From contig NW_005434627.1 of NCBI RefSeq assembly GCF_000315625.1, forward strand, positions 410,362 to 474,361: a DNA stretch of 64,000 nucleotides, read 5' to 3'. Positions 30,126-43,779 of this stretch are shown here, in pieces. A model generated the notes under the pieces. It did not search any database. It saw only the letters and a program-made list of their open reading frames with translations, and was not told the DNA's origin. Origin of the DNA: Guillardia theta CCMP2712. Its lineage: Eukaryota; Protista; Cryptophyta. The position numbers were made by a program, and so were the translations under genes. The number at the start of each line of letters is the position of its first letter. Position 1 is the first letter of the stretch.

Positions 30126-30752
30126 CTACCCGTCCAGTCGCCGCCATGGCTCGGTGCCTGAGCCCAGGGACCTGAGCTGGGCGCCTGGCTTGCTTGCAGC
30201 ACGAGGCCGTAGCAGGGATGGCAGGATGCCTTCTGCTCCTCCCCTCTGACCTGAAGCTCCTCCTGTACTCCAGACATCCCGTGCCGCCCGTGCTGTTGCC
30301 TCGCGAACCCCTGACCCCACGATCACAAAGGACGCGCACCACAGAGCTCTTACCTTCCTCGCCCTCCTCCGCTGCCCTTGATGTGTGTACGGCCATCGCT
30401 GCAGCCCGAGCCTCCTACATGCTACCTTCAACGTGGACCTCCCCACCCCCTGCCGAGGACAAGGCAAGGTCAGCTCCTGCCTCCTCCCTCTCGACATCGC
30501 ACTCACCATCCTTTGTGCTGCCTCTCCCAGAGGAAGGGCGAAGAAGGGCTCAAGGCTGGCCATGGTAACACTTGCCAGGTTGAGCCCCTGGCTGACGGAG
30601 CCGACGGCTTCCTCCTTGAAACCTCCTCGAGCGGTGGATGAGCTCGCACGTTCTTCCTTGGCAGCCTCTCGCAAGAGGATGTTGCTGAGGTTATCAGGAA
30701 CCACCCATGACTCCGTGTCAAACCATTCTCCTCCGTCGTCTTGGCTCGTCAT
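30126..30752 (-). CDS. RWP-RK domain transcription factor (copy 1); 3' end uncertain
   Basis: VTMASLEPFFALPLGEAAQRM|GVGRSTLKVACRRLGLQRWPY. Confidence 0.85.
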   Translation of the reverse strand: MTSQDDGGEWFDTESWVVPDNLSNILLREAAKEERASSSTARGGFKEEAVGSVSQGLNLASVTMASLEPFFALPLGEAAQRMVSAMSRGRRQELTLPCPRQGVGRSTLKVACRRLGLQRWPYTHQGQRRRARKVRALWCASFVIVGSGVREATARAARDVWSTGGASGQRGGAEGILPSLLRPRAASKPGAQLRSLGSGTEPWRRLDG

Positions 30753-31708
30753 GCTCAGATCTTGACCGCAGTGCCCGGAAAGTCGTAGGACGTAAGCCGC
30801 TTGCTCCAACTTGGGGGTGGAGGAACACCAAGCTCGAAATGTTGCGCACCTGAGTGTGGGAGAGAGCAAGGAATGCAGACCGATGAGGGCAAGATAGTGA
30901 TACAGGGAGGGAGATAGGACGGAGAAGCTTGCGCAAGAGCCCGGGAAGCGATGGAGTATGGACAAACCAGGAGGGAAATGTTACAATATTCCTCGCAAAC
31001 CCAGGGAGGGATCAGTTCAAGATAAGCGAAGGTAGTGGGGGGATAGAAAGCGGATGAAGTAAGATTTGCTGGATGATTTAATGATGTTTGTGAAGACGAT
31101 GTTGCTGCTGCTGATTGTGATGGCGATGAAGAGGAGGTGGTGGTGAAGGCGTTGGGGGAGAGGGAGGGATACAGTATCGTCTACTTGAGCACAGTTTTAA
31201 CAGCACCTCCCTCATCTTTTTTTCTCATTTTCGGAAGTCACGTTACCCAGTCATGGAACTGACTTTTTTTTCGTAACACGGATGCCACTCTAAATGTATT
31301 TTCGGACAAATTGTAAAATGGATATGTCGGAGATCTTGTCGAAAGCGATCTATTTCAAACCTACAGCCTCTTAATCTTTAAAGTTAGGGTCGCCGGATAC
31401 GAACCCTTCTGTAGTTGATACTGCAACATGTCAATGCATTTTCATAGAGGGATGATAATCCGGTGATAGAATCACACTTGTTCTGCTATCACGTTTGGAT
31501 GGAAAGCTTGCAGATATTCAGAGCGAGCTCATGACGATTTTAAAGTGTCTGCGCAACGAGAGACTCTATTTGGCTCGGTGCAATATGAACGCATGGATCG
31601 TATGATTCAAGAAGAAATGTTTTTCAAGTGTAATGCCTCTTCTGAAGTTTATCAGGGTAAGATACAGATTTCAATGGAATCTAGATCCATAAGAATCAAC
31701 TTGCGGAG

Positions 31709-32279
31709 TTATGACGAGCCTGGAGAGGAAGCTTCGATCCCTATAGAGTAGCACTTTGTTTTCCCCTTGTTGGTAAACGGCCAGCGGTTAACTCCAAGTT
31801 TCCTACACACGTACTTCATCGTAGATCGACCGATTCCCTGGATATTGAAGTGAGCGACATTCTTGAATATAGACAAACAGCATGAAATAACTTACAATGG
31901 CAGTAGCTGCGTCTTCCATACTGAGGTGGAAGTGCTGGGATATCATGGCTCTAGTTAGCCGAATCTTCACGCACTTCACCCTGGAAACCTTTCTGGAATT
32001 GACAATCACGCTTGTTTCTTGCAGATCCCTCGCTCTTGCAGCTGCATTATCTTCTTGCTGATTTCTGATCGTCGCCTCAGGGAGGGGCGGTTCGTGTCCT
32101 GTTTCACATTGTACATGTGCACATTGTTTGTAATCGCTTTCGAACTCGTTTGTGATCAGGTTTGTCGGATCTATGGGCAGAGAAAATGTCCAAAGCGCAC
32201 CCTTGTCCTCGCTTTCGAGAAAATCATGCATGTTTGCAACCTCATTCTGATACACAGCATCGAAATGGTAGCTGTTCAT
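31709..32279 (-). CDS. RWP-RK domain transcription factor (copy 2)
   Basis: LTRAMISQHFHLSMEDAATAI|GIGRSTMKYVCRKLGVNRWPFTNKG; stop TAA at 31709-31711. Confidence 0.87.
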
Positions 32280-33307
32280 CGTTGCCTGCTATTTCCTCTT
32301 TTCGATATGTTCCCTTTCTTTCAATCTTTGATGCTCGATTTGGAATAACCAGTTCAGGAGCACAATCAAGTATTGGGATGCGTGCTGTGCGTGCTGTGCG
32401 TGCTGTGTGGGATCGAAGGCTTTTGAAGGGAAGGCGAAGGAGCCAATCACGGAGAGAGATTTCGGGGGTCGACGGCTTTGTCATCCGGGGGTCCCCTGTT
32501 CATGCGAAAAAGATCATTTCCAGTTTTCGAGACTCATCTTCGAGATACCACATTACAAGTCTACTTGAAGTGTTGCGTTTGTCGCATCCCGCCAGACTGT
32601 CGGCGGGCTCACGAATTTGAAAAGAGTTTTTTTCGTACAAGGAGGCCGTCCCCCCCTACACAAGCTCGCCTCAGTTCATCAGGCACCCGAAGGGGGTCAG
32701 AGGAAAGCAAGTCCGCCCCAGTGCTTGAAGCCCGCATCAGCATGACTGGCACGTTGTGACAACCAGAGGCGGGCTTGCTGACCCGGTTTAATCTTACAAG
32801 TCATTTTAAAGGCTGCGTGACAGACGATCCCCACGCAGGCGTAAGCCGTCAGCTCGCCGTAGATCCGTCAGCAGGTCCCATGAGTCGTATCACGGACACT
32901 CCGCCCTCACACTGCACCTTCCGCCCAGATATACTTGAAATACTTTGGCCCGCCGCCTAGCATACCAAGTTGTATCGGAGGGTTGGGGGGAGTGAAGGAA
33001 ACAACACGATTGTTTCACAGCCCTTGATATGCCCCAGTGCTCCTGTCATACTTTCACCTACAGCGCACATAAGAGTCATTTCCTAGAGCAGCAATCAGTG
33101 TAGGTTGATCGTTCACCAACTTTGTTAATGCAAGTGACAGCAAGCATGTGAAAGCTTTAGTCCCCTGTTGAGGTCATCTGAGATCTGATTATGATGGCAG
33201 AGATCAAAGACGCGGCAAGGACTTTTTCATCGTAGACATCAAGCTACAGCTGAGGTGTTGGAGCATGAAGATGTTGGTAGGGTACAAGACATCCACACCG
33301 GCATTCG

Positions 33308-33961
33308 ATGCTCTCGCTTCTCTCTACATGGACATGTGCTTGGTCGGCCCCTCGTGAGACCCCGGAAAACGCTCAGATGTCTGGAGGTGTTGACAGCAGC
33401 AAAAGTATCCGGGAGCCTTTCGAGACAGAAACAAGCGCAATGCTGGGAGGGTGGAACGAAGACGACGGGATGAATGAGTCATGGGCAATTCAGATCCCTT
33501 CCATGCCTTGGAGTCCAGCGAACGAGGACAGAAACAGAGCTGAGATGGACTCTGAGGAGGGAGAGGGCCCTTCTTTGGCAGCCTTTGGGTGGCAGCTTGA
33601 AGGGTCCTCCACGACTAGTGAAGATGGGCAGGAGGGGTCGACATATATCCAGCCGGAGGAGGGCAGGGCTGAGTATGTGGAGGTGAACTCGAGAAAGCTG
33701 TCAAGGAAGAGGTGCGTCAGAGTGAAGATAGACAGGGAGGTGCTTTCAAGACATTTCCACCTGAGCATGGAACAAGCAGCCTCATCGATTGTGTGTGCTT
33801 GCCCTGACTTGTTGTGTTTGTTCCGACACTGATCGCTGCCCCAGGGGATCGGGAAATCTACAATGAAGTACGTGTGCCGGAGGTTGGGGATCCAGAAATG
33901 GCCTTACACGACCAAGGGGCAGAGGTGGAGGGAGCAGGTGAAGGAGGCTGATCCAAGCTGA
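33308..33961 (+). CDS. RWP-RK domain transcription factor (copy 3); start codon uncertain
   Basis: IDREVLSRHFHLSMEQAASSI|GIGKSTMKYVCRRLGIQKWPYTTKG; TGA 33959-33961. Confidence 0.87.
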
Positions 33962-34767
33962 TTCTTCGCCTTCTGAGCCCAACAGGGTTGTACTCACGAT
34001 CCTGTTTTTTAATATGTCCGAACAGCGTCAGATATGCGCTACGTAGATCAGTTGACGACTTCAATCCTGTTCCGATGAGCTATTGGAAGAATTCCCTGCT
34101 CCTCCTCCTTCTCCTTCTCCTGCTCTTTTCTCTCCTCCTGCTCCTGCTCCCCTTCCCCCCCTTCCTCCTCCATGATGATAGCAAATCTCGGGCACCATCT
34201 TTTCATTTTCCTTGGAATTCTCGTGATGTCATGTTTGACGTCAATCAGGCCATGATTGGTGAACAGACTACTTTCATCAGCTCTTTTCCCCCATCGAATG
34301 CTGGATGTAGATTTCTTGCGTAGTGCTACGAAGATGTACTTGACACGAGCACCAGATCACTACAAGAACCAAACAAACCAACCAACCTTCTCACTTTATG
34401 ATCTTTCTATCCACCAGGCCTCACTGCACTACTACCTATCTCTCAATTCTTGATGTTTACGTACTTCTGGCCAGACACTATATACAAGGGTCATCTCATT
34501 ACCAAGATGCTGCCTGTATGACGAGACAACAGCTGGCAGGGTTCCTACGAAAGGAACAAGGCGGAAACCAGGAGTCAGATGCTGACATAATGACATGTTG
34601 ATCGTCAGGAGATCTTTTGATGTCATTGCAGTGATGCATTGATCGAAGAGCAGAGGCAATTGGGTGAGAACAAGTATACTTGACAACCCGGCTGTCATCC
34701 CATTTCGTTACACTTGAAGCCTCTGTTGCTGGTGCTGGTGCTGGTGCTGGTGCTGGTACTGGCGCTG

Positions 34768-35300
34768 GAACCTGAAAATACCAGTAATGGGATCACCCTA
34801 CCCTGTGCTGTATCCATGAGGATCCGGAATCACGGATACTCGCCGGATACTCTCTATTTTTAAGCGGACGCTTCCCCAGCGTTCGGCCTCCTGAATTCCC
34901 CCCACTTGCATGCACAGCAAGTGTGGTGTTTGTGCGTAGTTTACCTTCAAGTAAATTTAGAGACTTCTATCTTGTCCTTCTCTATCTTCTTCATCCTTGC
35001 TTTACTCGTGACGTCGACAATCTCTGTGTTGTGTATACAATACCCTGCATGATTTACCAGACCAAAACAGGTCTTGCTCTCCAGACGTCTCTCGTAAATC
35101 GTCTATTGTAATCAAAGCAACAGCACCAGTTCTATCGTTGAATCAGAGTACATCACCAGCATCAGCTGATGCTGTCTAGACGTGATTCACTCTACCCTGC
35201 ATAGACGTCTAGAGAGCACAGACGTCTAGAGAGCAAGACCTGTTTTGGTCTGGTGAATCATGCAGGGTAGGGTGATCCCATTACCGGTATTTTCAAGTTC
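34768..35300. repeat. 31-bp inverted-repeat pair enclosing TA-flanked insertions
   Basis: 34768-34798 vs 35270-35300 match at 29/31. Each arm abuts a TA (34799-34800, 35268-35269). Confidence 0.85.
35043..35267. mobile_element. MITE, Tc1/mariner-type (TA target), 225 bp
   Basis: 48-bp TIRs CCCTGCATGATT(T/C)ACCAGACCAAAACAGGTCTTGCTCTC... match at 46/48 (35043-35090 / 35220-35267), with TA on both sides. Confidence 0.85.
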
Positions 35301-36068
35301 AAAATATCGGTCAAAATTAGGGTAGGGTGGTGAAAAACATAGGGGTGGTGGGTCTGGTAAGGGTCAACGACTGTCGAAACCGTTGATGCGTTGAGAGCCT
35401 TTCGAGTGGGGTCAATTCCAGTGGGTGGGGTATTCGTATTGGTGGGGTGCATAAGCGATAAGATGTTTATGTACGGGTGATTACGTGCAGTCCATCATGT
35501 GAAGTCAAGGGTCATAAATTTAAGAAGGGGTGGGGGTAGTCAAATTTCTTGAACGGGCGGGGTACAGGTTCGACGATGACAGCGGATCGATGGCGGGAAG
35601 GAGGAGGCATGGTTGGAGGAGGAGGCATGCGATGAGGAGAAGGCGTGTGATGAGGAGGAGACATGGGGAGGAGATGATTCTGGAGAAAGGAAACAAGCAG
35701 CGTGAGGAAGAGGAGATGGTTGAAGCAGGAGGGAGCGAGAGCGTTGGAAAGGTGACGTAGAGCATGAGTGTAGGGGACTTCGAAGTCAGGTATGAGAGAG
35801 AGGGAATGGCATGCAAGCAACGTCAAGTGAGATGGTCCATCGAAGGCTGTAGAGCTGGCATTCTGGAGCCGCGTATGATTCGGAGCTCTTATCGACGGAT
35901 GCTATGTTTTCAAACAGCTCCTGACTTTGCCCCTGCAGGTGAAAGGAGCCTGATTAATTTACAACTCGAATCTGGAGAAGGAGGAGCTGTAGAAAGTTAC
36001 GTGAAAAAGCAGTGAAGTAAGTAGAGCCATCCGATCTCAGCCGACCATCTGTGGTCGTTGAGAACGCG

Positions 36069-39000
36069 ATGCCGCCCATTGGGATAGCGCAGTGGGGAAA
36101 CCCCCCCAGCGCCCCTTCTCCTCCTCCTACCCGGAGCGGTCATACCTTGACCAATGTCGGCAAGCTGTGCATCCTCTTCGGAGGGATGGGAGAAGACAAC
36201 GACAACGTTACGATCTACAATGAGACGTTTGCGATCGACGCGTCGGCCAACGACATTCCATGCACATTCCTTCAATGCGAGGGGAAGGCTCCGGAGGGGA
36301 GGTGGAGGCATACGGCGACCTGCATCGGCGATTCCTGCATGCTCGTCTTCGGGGGGATAGGGTCCAACAGCAAGAGGTTCGATGACTGCTGGAAGCTCGA
36401 CATCAGCGGCGATAGTCCTGTTTGGACCCTGCAACCCACAGCCGGCCAAAGGCCTAGCCCAAGGGCTCACCACTCAGCAAACTTGTGGAAGGAGCACCTG
36501 GTGGTGTTCGGAGGATACGGAGGACACGGCCAACGGCGCACGTACTTCAACGATGTGCATCTCCTGAACCTTCAGGGCGGCGAGGATGGGGCGTTGGAGT
36601 GGGTACAGGTTCAAATTGGCGGAAACCCTCCTGCTCCACGTGGGAATCATACGGCGTCTGTCATGGCTGTGCCGGCAAGCTCAGGGCCAAAGATGCTCAT
36701 GGTGATGGGAGGGAGAGACTACTCCACCTTCTTCGATGACATCCACTTCCTGGTAAGAGCCCACACAACCGTGTCGTCCGTATCCTCTGCCCCGCTTTTG
36801 TTCGAATTGACACTTAAGTTTCGCACAGAATTTGGAACAAATGGAGTGGACGACGGTTTCGGACCTTCCCAACCCGACAATTCCCAACCGGCTTGCAAAT
36901 CACGCCTCCCTGGCCATCCAATCTGTTCCGCACTACAAGGTGTTTGTCTTCGGCGGGCAGGTACTGCTTCTCTGGTTGTGCTGCAAGGAAAGTTGACATG
37001 TTTCTGTCAAGGTTGGAAACAAGGACGCGCGAACTGACTGGAAGTACGTCAACAACGTGAACTGCCTTGACTGCGGCCGCATGGAGTGGATGGCGTCGGA
37101 CGAGCACGGGGCCAGCTTCGTGGAGGGCAACTTCCCGACGCCCCGAGAGGACGTTGCGTACTGCTTCGATCGCAAGACCGGGAGGATTCTGATGCATGGA
37201 GGGTGGGCGGATCGTTTCTGCTCTGACATGTTCTACCTTGACGTATCCTCCATCGTCGGGCCTCCATACGCGATCTACTCCCTCATCCCCAGCGAAGGCC
37301 CTCTGACCGGACACACGCCCATCAAGATCGTCGGAGAGGATTTCACTCCTTCTGCTCCAGGTCCTCTGTCTCCCTCTCACCCTCCTCGGTACTCACGTGT
37401 AGCTGCAGTCAAGATCCAGTTCACCGACGGCAAGAACACCGAGGTGGTTGATGGTAAAGTCATCAGCACTACTGAGGTTGAGGGAATACGCGCTGGGACA
37501 GCCACCTGACCACCTCTACAGATCATTTGCGAGAGCCCCGATTGGACCAAGTACTCAGCAGGTTTACATGTCCTCCTTGCTCCTTGCTCCTTGCTCCTTG
37601 CTCCTTGCTCCTTGCTCCTTGCTCCTTGCTCCTTGCTCCTTGCTCCTTGCTCCTTGCTCCTTGCTCCTTGCTCCTTGCTCCTTGCTCCTTGCTCCTTGCT
37701 CCTTGCTCCTTGCTCCTTGCTCCTTGCTCCTTGCTCCTTGCTCCTTGCTCCTTGCTCCTTGCTCCTCGCCCCCTCCTATCCCATTTCTCTCTCTCCTCAC
37801 CCTCCTTGTGCTCCTTGTCCCTCCCTCCTCCTTCTGTCCTCAAACTTGAGCTTGCAGGCGAGGTTATGGTCAGAGCAAACCTGAGAGGGGAAGGCTTCAC
37901 AGTGAACGTGGTCAAGTGGACCTTCTTTGTCAACACCAGACCCAACAAGTGCATCGCGTTTGGCCCCGGGCTGTTCGACTCGGAAAACGCCGGGTGGGGA
38001 TTCCCTGCAGTGTTTAAGGTGCAAGCAAAGGACCAGACAGGTCGCAACCGAAGCTCGGGAGGAGAGGCGTCGTGCTGGCGGCCCAAGGTGAGCAGCCAGG
38101 TGGACTCATGGTTTGGGAGGAGGAACAGGAGCAGGAGCATGAGGGAGAGAAGGGAAATAACAACTGGGTGCAGGTTGTCTTCAAGGATACCGGAGAGAAC
38201 ATCCCGTGTCACGTGGTTGACTGCAAGGACGGCACGTACGATATGGTGAGGAGGAGGAAGAAGAGGAGGAGAAAATGGTGGTGGTGGTGGTGGTGGTTTT
38301 CGCTGCCCGCTCTACTCACCTCCTCTCCTCCCAGATCTACGTTCCTATTCATCCCGGGCAGTACGTGATCGAGGTAGGATACTGCGACCCTCTCGTACAG
38401 GGGGACGAAGTTATCTTCATCCGCGGCTCCCCCTGGACAGCCTCGTTCGAGGACCCTTGGACCAAGGTCAAGTACCAGAACGAGCCGCCGCGCGTCGTGT
38501 CCGGGGTGCAGGCGGTAGCCATGGTGAAGAAGATGGTGCTGTATGGTGGGAAGTCAGACGAGGTGGTATGCTTCGACCCGGACAGCCTGTCGTGGGAGAG
38601 GCCCGAGGTAGAAGGACACAGCCCTCCGAGTCGCTCGCTGCACTCCTTCTGCGCGCTAGATAACGAGAAGGCGATCGTGATAGGAGGGAAGGGGGAGGAT
38701 GAAAAGCTGCTCAATGACATTCACGTCCTTGTGTGTGAGAAGGGGAAGTGGAAGTGGCAGGCTGCAGGCGATGTCCATGGAGACAAGAACGCGCCGAGGG
38801 CGATGCATGCTGCTTGTTTGATCCCAGGTAAGAGCGGAGGAGGGAGGAGGGAGGAGAGGGAGAAGGAGGGAGGGAGGAAGTAAGGGAGAGAAGTAGACGG
38901 AGGGAAGGAGGAAAAGAGGAAAGGGAGAGAGAGAGAAGAGGAGGGTATGAGGAGGGGAAGAGGCAGAGGAGGAGGGAAAGGGAGAGGGAGGATGGAGGAA

Positions 39001-42000
39001 TGGATGGATGGATGGATGGAGGGAGGAGGGCTGACGTTGGTTGGCAGTCGGCAAGAAGGTAGTTATCTTCGGAGGTATCGGGAGCGACGACCTTTCGCGC
39101 GACGATCTCTGCGTGCTGGCTGCGCAGAACATCGCAAAGTTAGATCTCCTCGACGTCGGGAAGCAAGTGGTAGAGGAGGTGGACGAGGAGGAGGAGGAAC
39201 AGGCCCACAAACAGGAGCCCAAGGAGGAGCACAAACCTGCAGCCCCTACAGAGGAGGGAGGAGGGGAAGGAGGGGAAGGAGGGGAAGGAGGGGAAGGAGA
39301 GGAGGAGGGAGAGCACGCAAGTTCCCACCATCAGGAGCATAAGGAGGAAGAGGATGAGGGAGAGAAAAGATTCCCAAGCTCAAGGAGATTCCAGGTGAAC
39401 TAGTTTACATGCTCTCCTCCCTCCTGTCCCTCACCCTCCTGTCCCTCCTCTCCCTCCCTCCTCTCCCTCCTCTCCCTTCTCTCTTTCTCTTCTCTCTTTC
39501 CCTTCATCCTTCTCTCCACCCCTTCCACTCTCGACTCCTGACCGTCTCCCAAGGCCGGAGGAGGAAGCACGGCATCGCAGCAGTGGAAGGAGTGATCTAC
39601 GCGTTCGGAGGAGAGGCAGAGATCGGCAACGAGCGGCACCTGACCAACGTCACGGCCGTCGGGGAGTTCCAGATGGAGGGCAAGACGCTGGCCAAAGGGG
39701 ACGCGATCCGATGGAAGCGGCTTAAAGTCACGGGAACGGTCCCTTGCCCTCGTCGAGACTTCAACATCTCCACGGTGGAGGGGAAGGTGTTGGTGCAGGG
39801 AGGAAGGGACATGGAGGGCAAGCTGCTCGACGACCTCTACAGCCTCGACCCGTCCACTGGCGAGTGGAGCATTGTGTACCGTTCAGACAATGCATGGCAG
39901 AAGAACGAGTTTGCGCTGTCGTGCTTGATCGGCAAGAGACTGCTGACGGTGTCGGCCAAGTCCGAGGACGTCAAGTCAAAACTCGATGACGTCAGGATCC
40001 TGGAGTTCGGCAAGATCGCAGATCAGCATGCGCTCGTTCCTGACATGATGAAACGAATCTCCAAGGAGTTGGCCGCCCTTGCGTCCTTCAACTCCGGTAG
40101 GATACTATGACCGTCCCTCTGTCCCTCCGTCCCTCGTCAATTGTTTCACTCCCCTTCCTGCTTGCCGTCCTTCCTGGCTGTATTTCTTTTCTCACTCTCC
40201 CTCCCCCGAACCCTTCCTCTCCTCTCCTCTCCTCTCCCTTCCCCTCCCCTCCCCTCCCTTCCTCTCCCTTCCCCTCCCCTCCCCTCCCCTCCACCCCTTC
40301 CCTCCCCTCCTCTCCTCTCCTCTTCTCGCCTTTCCTCTCATCTCCTCTCGTTGACATCTCCACCAGACTCAGCCAAGAACCTTGCTCTTGACCCCACGAA
40401 GCAAGACAGCGAGGAGAAACAGCGCGAGATTCTGATCAAGGTCAAGGGCTGCATCTACCAGGCGAAGGTCGATCAGCCGATCATCGAGCTGCAGCTCGAC
40501 GTGCTCAAGGACGCCATCGGCTACTTGCAGCGGCAGGGAACTCCGACGGAGAAGCTGGAGAAGGAGATTAAAGATGTCTTTGACGGGTTTGCCGATGTCA
40601 AGAAGCAGATCCCCTCCGCCCTCGAGCTCATCAAGCCCGTCCAAGAGAGAGAGGCAGAGAAAATCAAGGCTGAGGTGAGGCCTGCTGATGTTGCCTCCCC
40701 TGCTCCTGCTCCTCCTGCTCCTGCTCCTCTTCCTTCTCGCCGCTCCTCCTGCTCCTCCTCCTCCTCCTCCTCCTTAACTGTCTCCTTTGCTTCTTCCTCC
40801 TGTCTCCTTCCCGACTGCGCCTTCCTCCCCCCCTCGTTTCACCTATTTCCCTCCTGATCCTACTTTCCCCTTCCGCGTTGCAGCTTTGCGTCAACCCACC
40901 AACTCCTCTCCTCCTCTCCTCCTCTCCTCCTCTCCTCCTCTCCTCCTCCCCTCCCTCCCTTTCTCTTACCTCGCTTCCCTCAGATCGAAAAGTTCACCCT
41001 AAAGACCAAGGTCACGCAGAAGGACTTCGGCGAGAGGTACCGGGATGGCAGCCGGAGCGGAGGAGCTGACTAGCTTGCAGGGACTTCAACTCCTACACCA
41101 CGGGCGTCGAGCAGTCCTACCTGTCCGTCTTCGAGACCAAGAAGATGCTGAGATCGCTGGATGCCGAACTCGATGGGCTGAAGCACTTCGCAAGGGTCTT
41201 CGAGTTCCCAGAGCTCACGGACGAAGCGAACTCCATCGTGGCCGCCATGCACGCCGACCTCAACACGATCTTGCAACTTTGGCACCTTGTGAGTTGACGA
41301 GTGTTTCTCTGTCTTGTTGGAGTTCTGTCATTGGTTTGTGTTGCTGAACTTCTTTTCTTGGTTTCTGTTGTTGAGGTTCTTGTCTTCCCCTGTTGTGATG
41401 TTATTGTGTTGTTTGTTCTTGGAGTCCCAATCTTTTCGTTTTTGCGTTGGAATGTCTTCCATTGTTTCCTTCCTCGAGGTTGTGACTGATGATGTTTCAG
41501 ATTGCAATGGTCAACAACCAAATGGAAGTTTGGAACCAAACCCTTTGGGCTGACATCAACGTTGAGGTTACAAGCTCTTCATCCCTTCCTCCCTCCCTCC
41601 CTCTTCTCTCCCACTGTCTCTCTTCCTCTTCCTCTTCCTCTTCCTCCTCCCTGCTCTTCTCGCACCTTCCACCCTCTCCTCCTCCTCCTCCTCCTCGCTC
41701 ATCTATCGCCTCGTCAGGTCATGGAGGATGGGACCAAGGCATTCTTCAAGCAGCTGCGAGCTCAAGACAAGGTTGCCAAGGTAACCAACGCGTACACGAC
41801 GATAGAGGGAAAGGTCAAGGGCTTCCTGACAGCGCTCCCCCTTGTCTCGGACCTCCGCCATCCGTCCATGCGCCCCAGGCACTGGAACATGTTGCGCCAG
41901 CTGACAGGCAAGCAGTTCGACGAGACCAGCCCAGAGTTTGACCTCAGGACTCTCAACGACTTACACTTGGACGAGTTCGAGGATGACGTGGGCGAGGTCA

Positions 42001-43685
42001 GTCAAGGGTCTGCGTGCTTGTGTCTTCGCTTCCTCCTGATAGTTCGGCGGCTTCCCTGCCTGCTGTCTTTTTCCCCCCTGCTTTGTGCCTGTCGTGTCCT
42101 CCCCTCCCGCTCTCTCCCCCTGCCCTCCTCCTTGCGATGCTGCTGCTTGGCCTTCCCATGCTCATCTGATACTGATCTGCTTGTTCAGATCGTCAACCGC
42201 GCACAGAAGGAGGAGAAGATGGAGCAAGCGCTAGAGAAGATCGAGAACACGTGGAAGACTTTGGAGTTTTTCTTCACCCAGCACAAGGACACGGATATCC
42301 AGATGATCAAACTGTCGGAGGAGGACGTTGAGACGCTGGAAGACCACCAGGTTCAGGTTCAGAACATGATGGGCAGCAGGTACCTCGCTACCTTCGAGGA
42401 GCAGGTCACGGGGTGGCAGAAGAAGCTTTCCTCCGTCGCTGACGTCGTCGCCATCATGACTGAGATCCAGAGGACCTGGGCGTACCTTGAGACGCTCTTC
42501 ATCGGCTCTGAAGAAGTTAGGAAGGAGCTGCCGGAGGACGCGGAGAGGTTTGCCGGCATCGACATCGACGTCAAACAAGTTCTCAAGGACATGTACGCGA
42601 CCAAGAACGCGGTCAAGGCATGCTCCTCCGATGGGCTGTACCCCAAGTTGGAGTCTACCCAGTCGAAGCTGGAGATGTGCGAGAAGTCCCTGGCCAACTA
42701 TCTGGAGCAGAAGAGGAGGATCTTTCCTCGCTTCTACTTCGTCTCCACGACTGACCTCCTGGACATCCTCAGCAACGGCAACGATCCTTCCAAGGTCAAC
42801 TTCCACATGAGCAAGATCATCGCTGCTATCGAGACTCTCAACCTTGAGAGCGGTATCACCAGCTCCGAGCGGCCGAGCGCGACGGGGTTTGACTCGTGTG
42901 TCGGGGTGGAGCATATCGACCTTACCAAGCCGCTGAAGATCGACGGGAGGGTGGAGAACTACCTGCAGACTATCATTGACAACGTCGTGACATCTCTCAG
43001 AGATATTCTCGTCAAGTCGATCGAAGCTTTCTCTACTACCCCGACTGAAGTTTGGGTGAAGAAAGAACCAAACCAGATTATCTTGACTACCAGCCTTGTG
43101 TTCTTCACCAAGAAGATGGAGGAGACGTTCGTTGATATCAAGAATGGCAACGCCAAGGCCATGGAAGGAATGCTCCAGTTCAAGATCAATGCGCTGACAG
43201 AGCTCATCGACTTAGGTGATTGTGATGGTGGCGGTGGTGGCAGTGGTGATGATGACGACGATGACGATGAAGATGAAGATGATACCTGTTTTGATTGCTT
43301 GTTTCCTGCCGCTCAACCTCGTTTCCCATGCCTAATTCTCCTCTGCTCCGTCCAACCACCATCGACAACCTTTCCTTCATCCTGCTTTTCTGACTTCCTT
43401 ATCACAGTTCGCACGAACCTCACCAAGGCCGAACGTATGAAGATCATGTGCCTCATCACCCTCGACGCTCACTCGCGCGACATCGCGGCGAACTTGGTGG
43501 AGGGCAACGTGACTGAAGTGACTCAGTTCGAATGGCAAAGTCAGCTCCGCTTCGAGTGGCGATCAGCGGAGAAGGATTGCTTCATCATGATTGTGGACGC
43601 TGAGTTCACATACAGGTCTTCTTATCCCTCTGATCTTCATTTTAACGTCATTGTCATTGACCACAACAAAAACAACATGAACATG

Positions 43686-43779
<94 letters not shown>

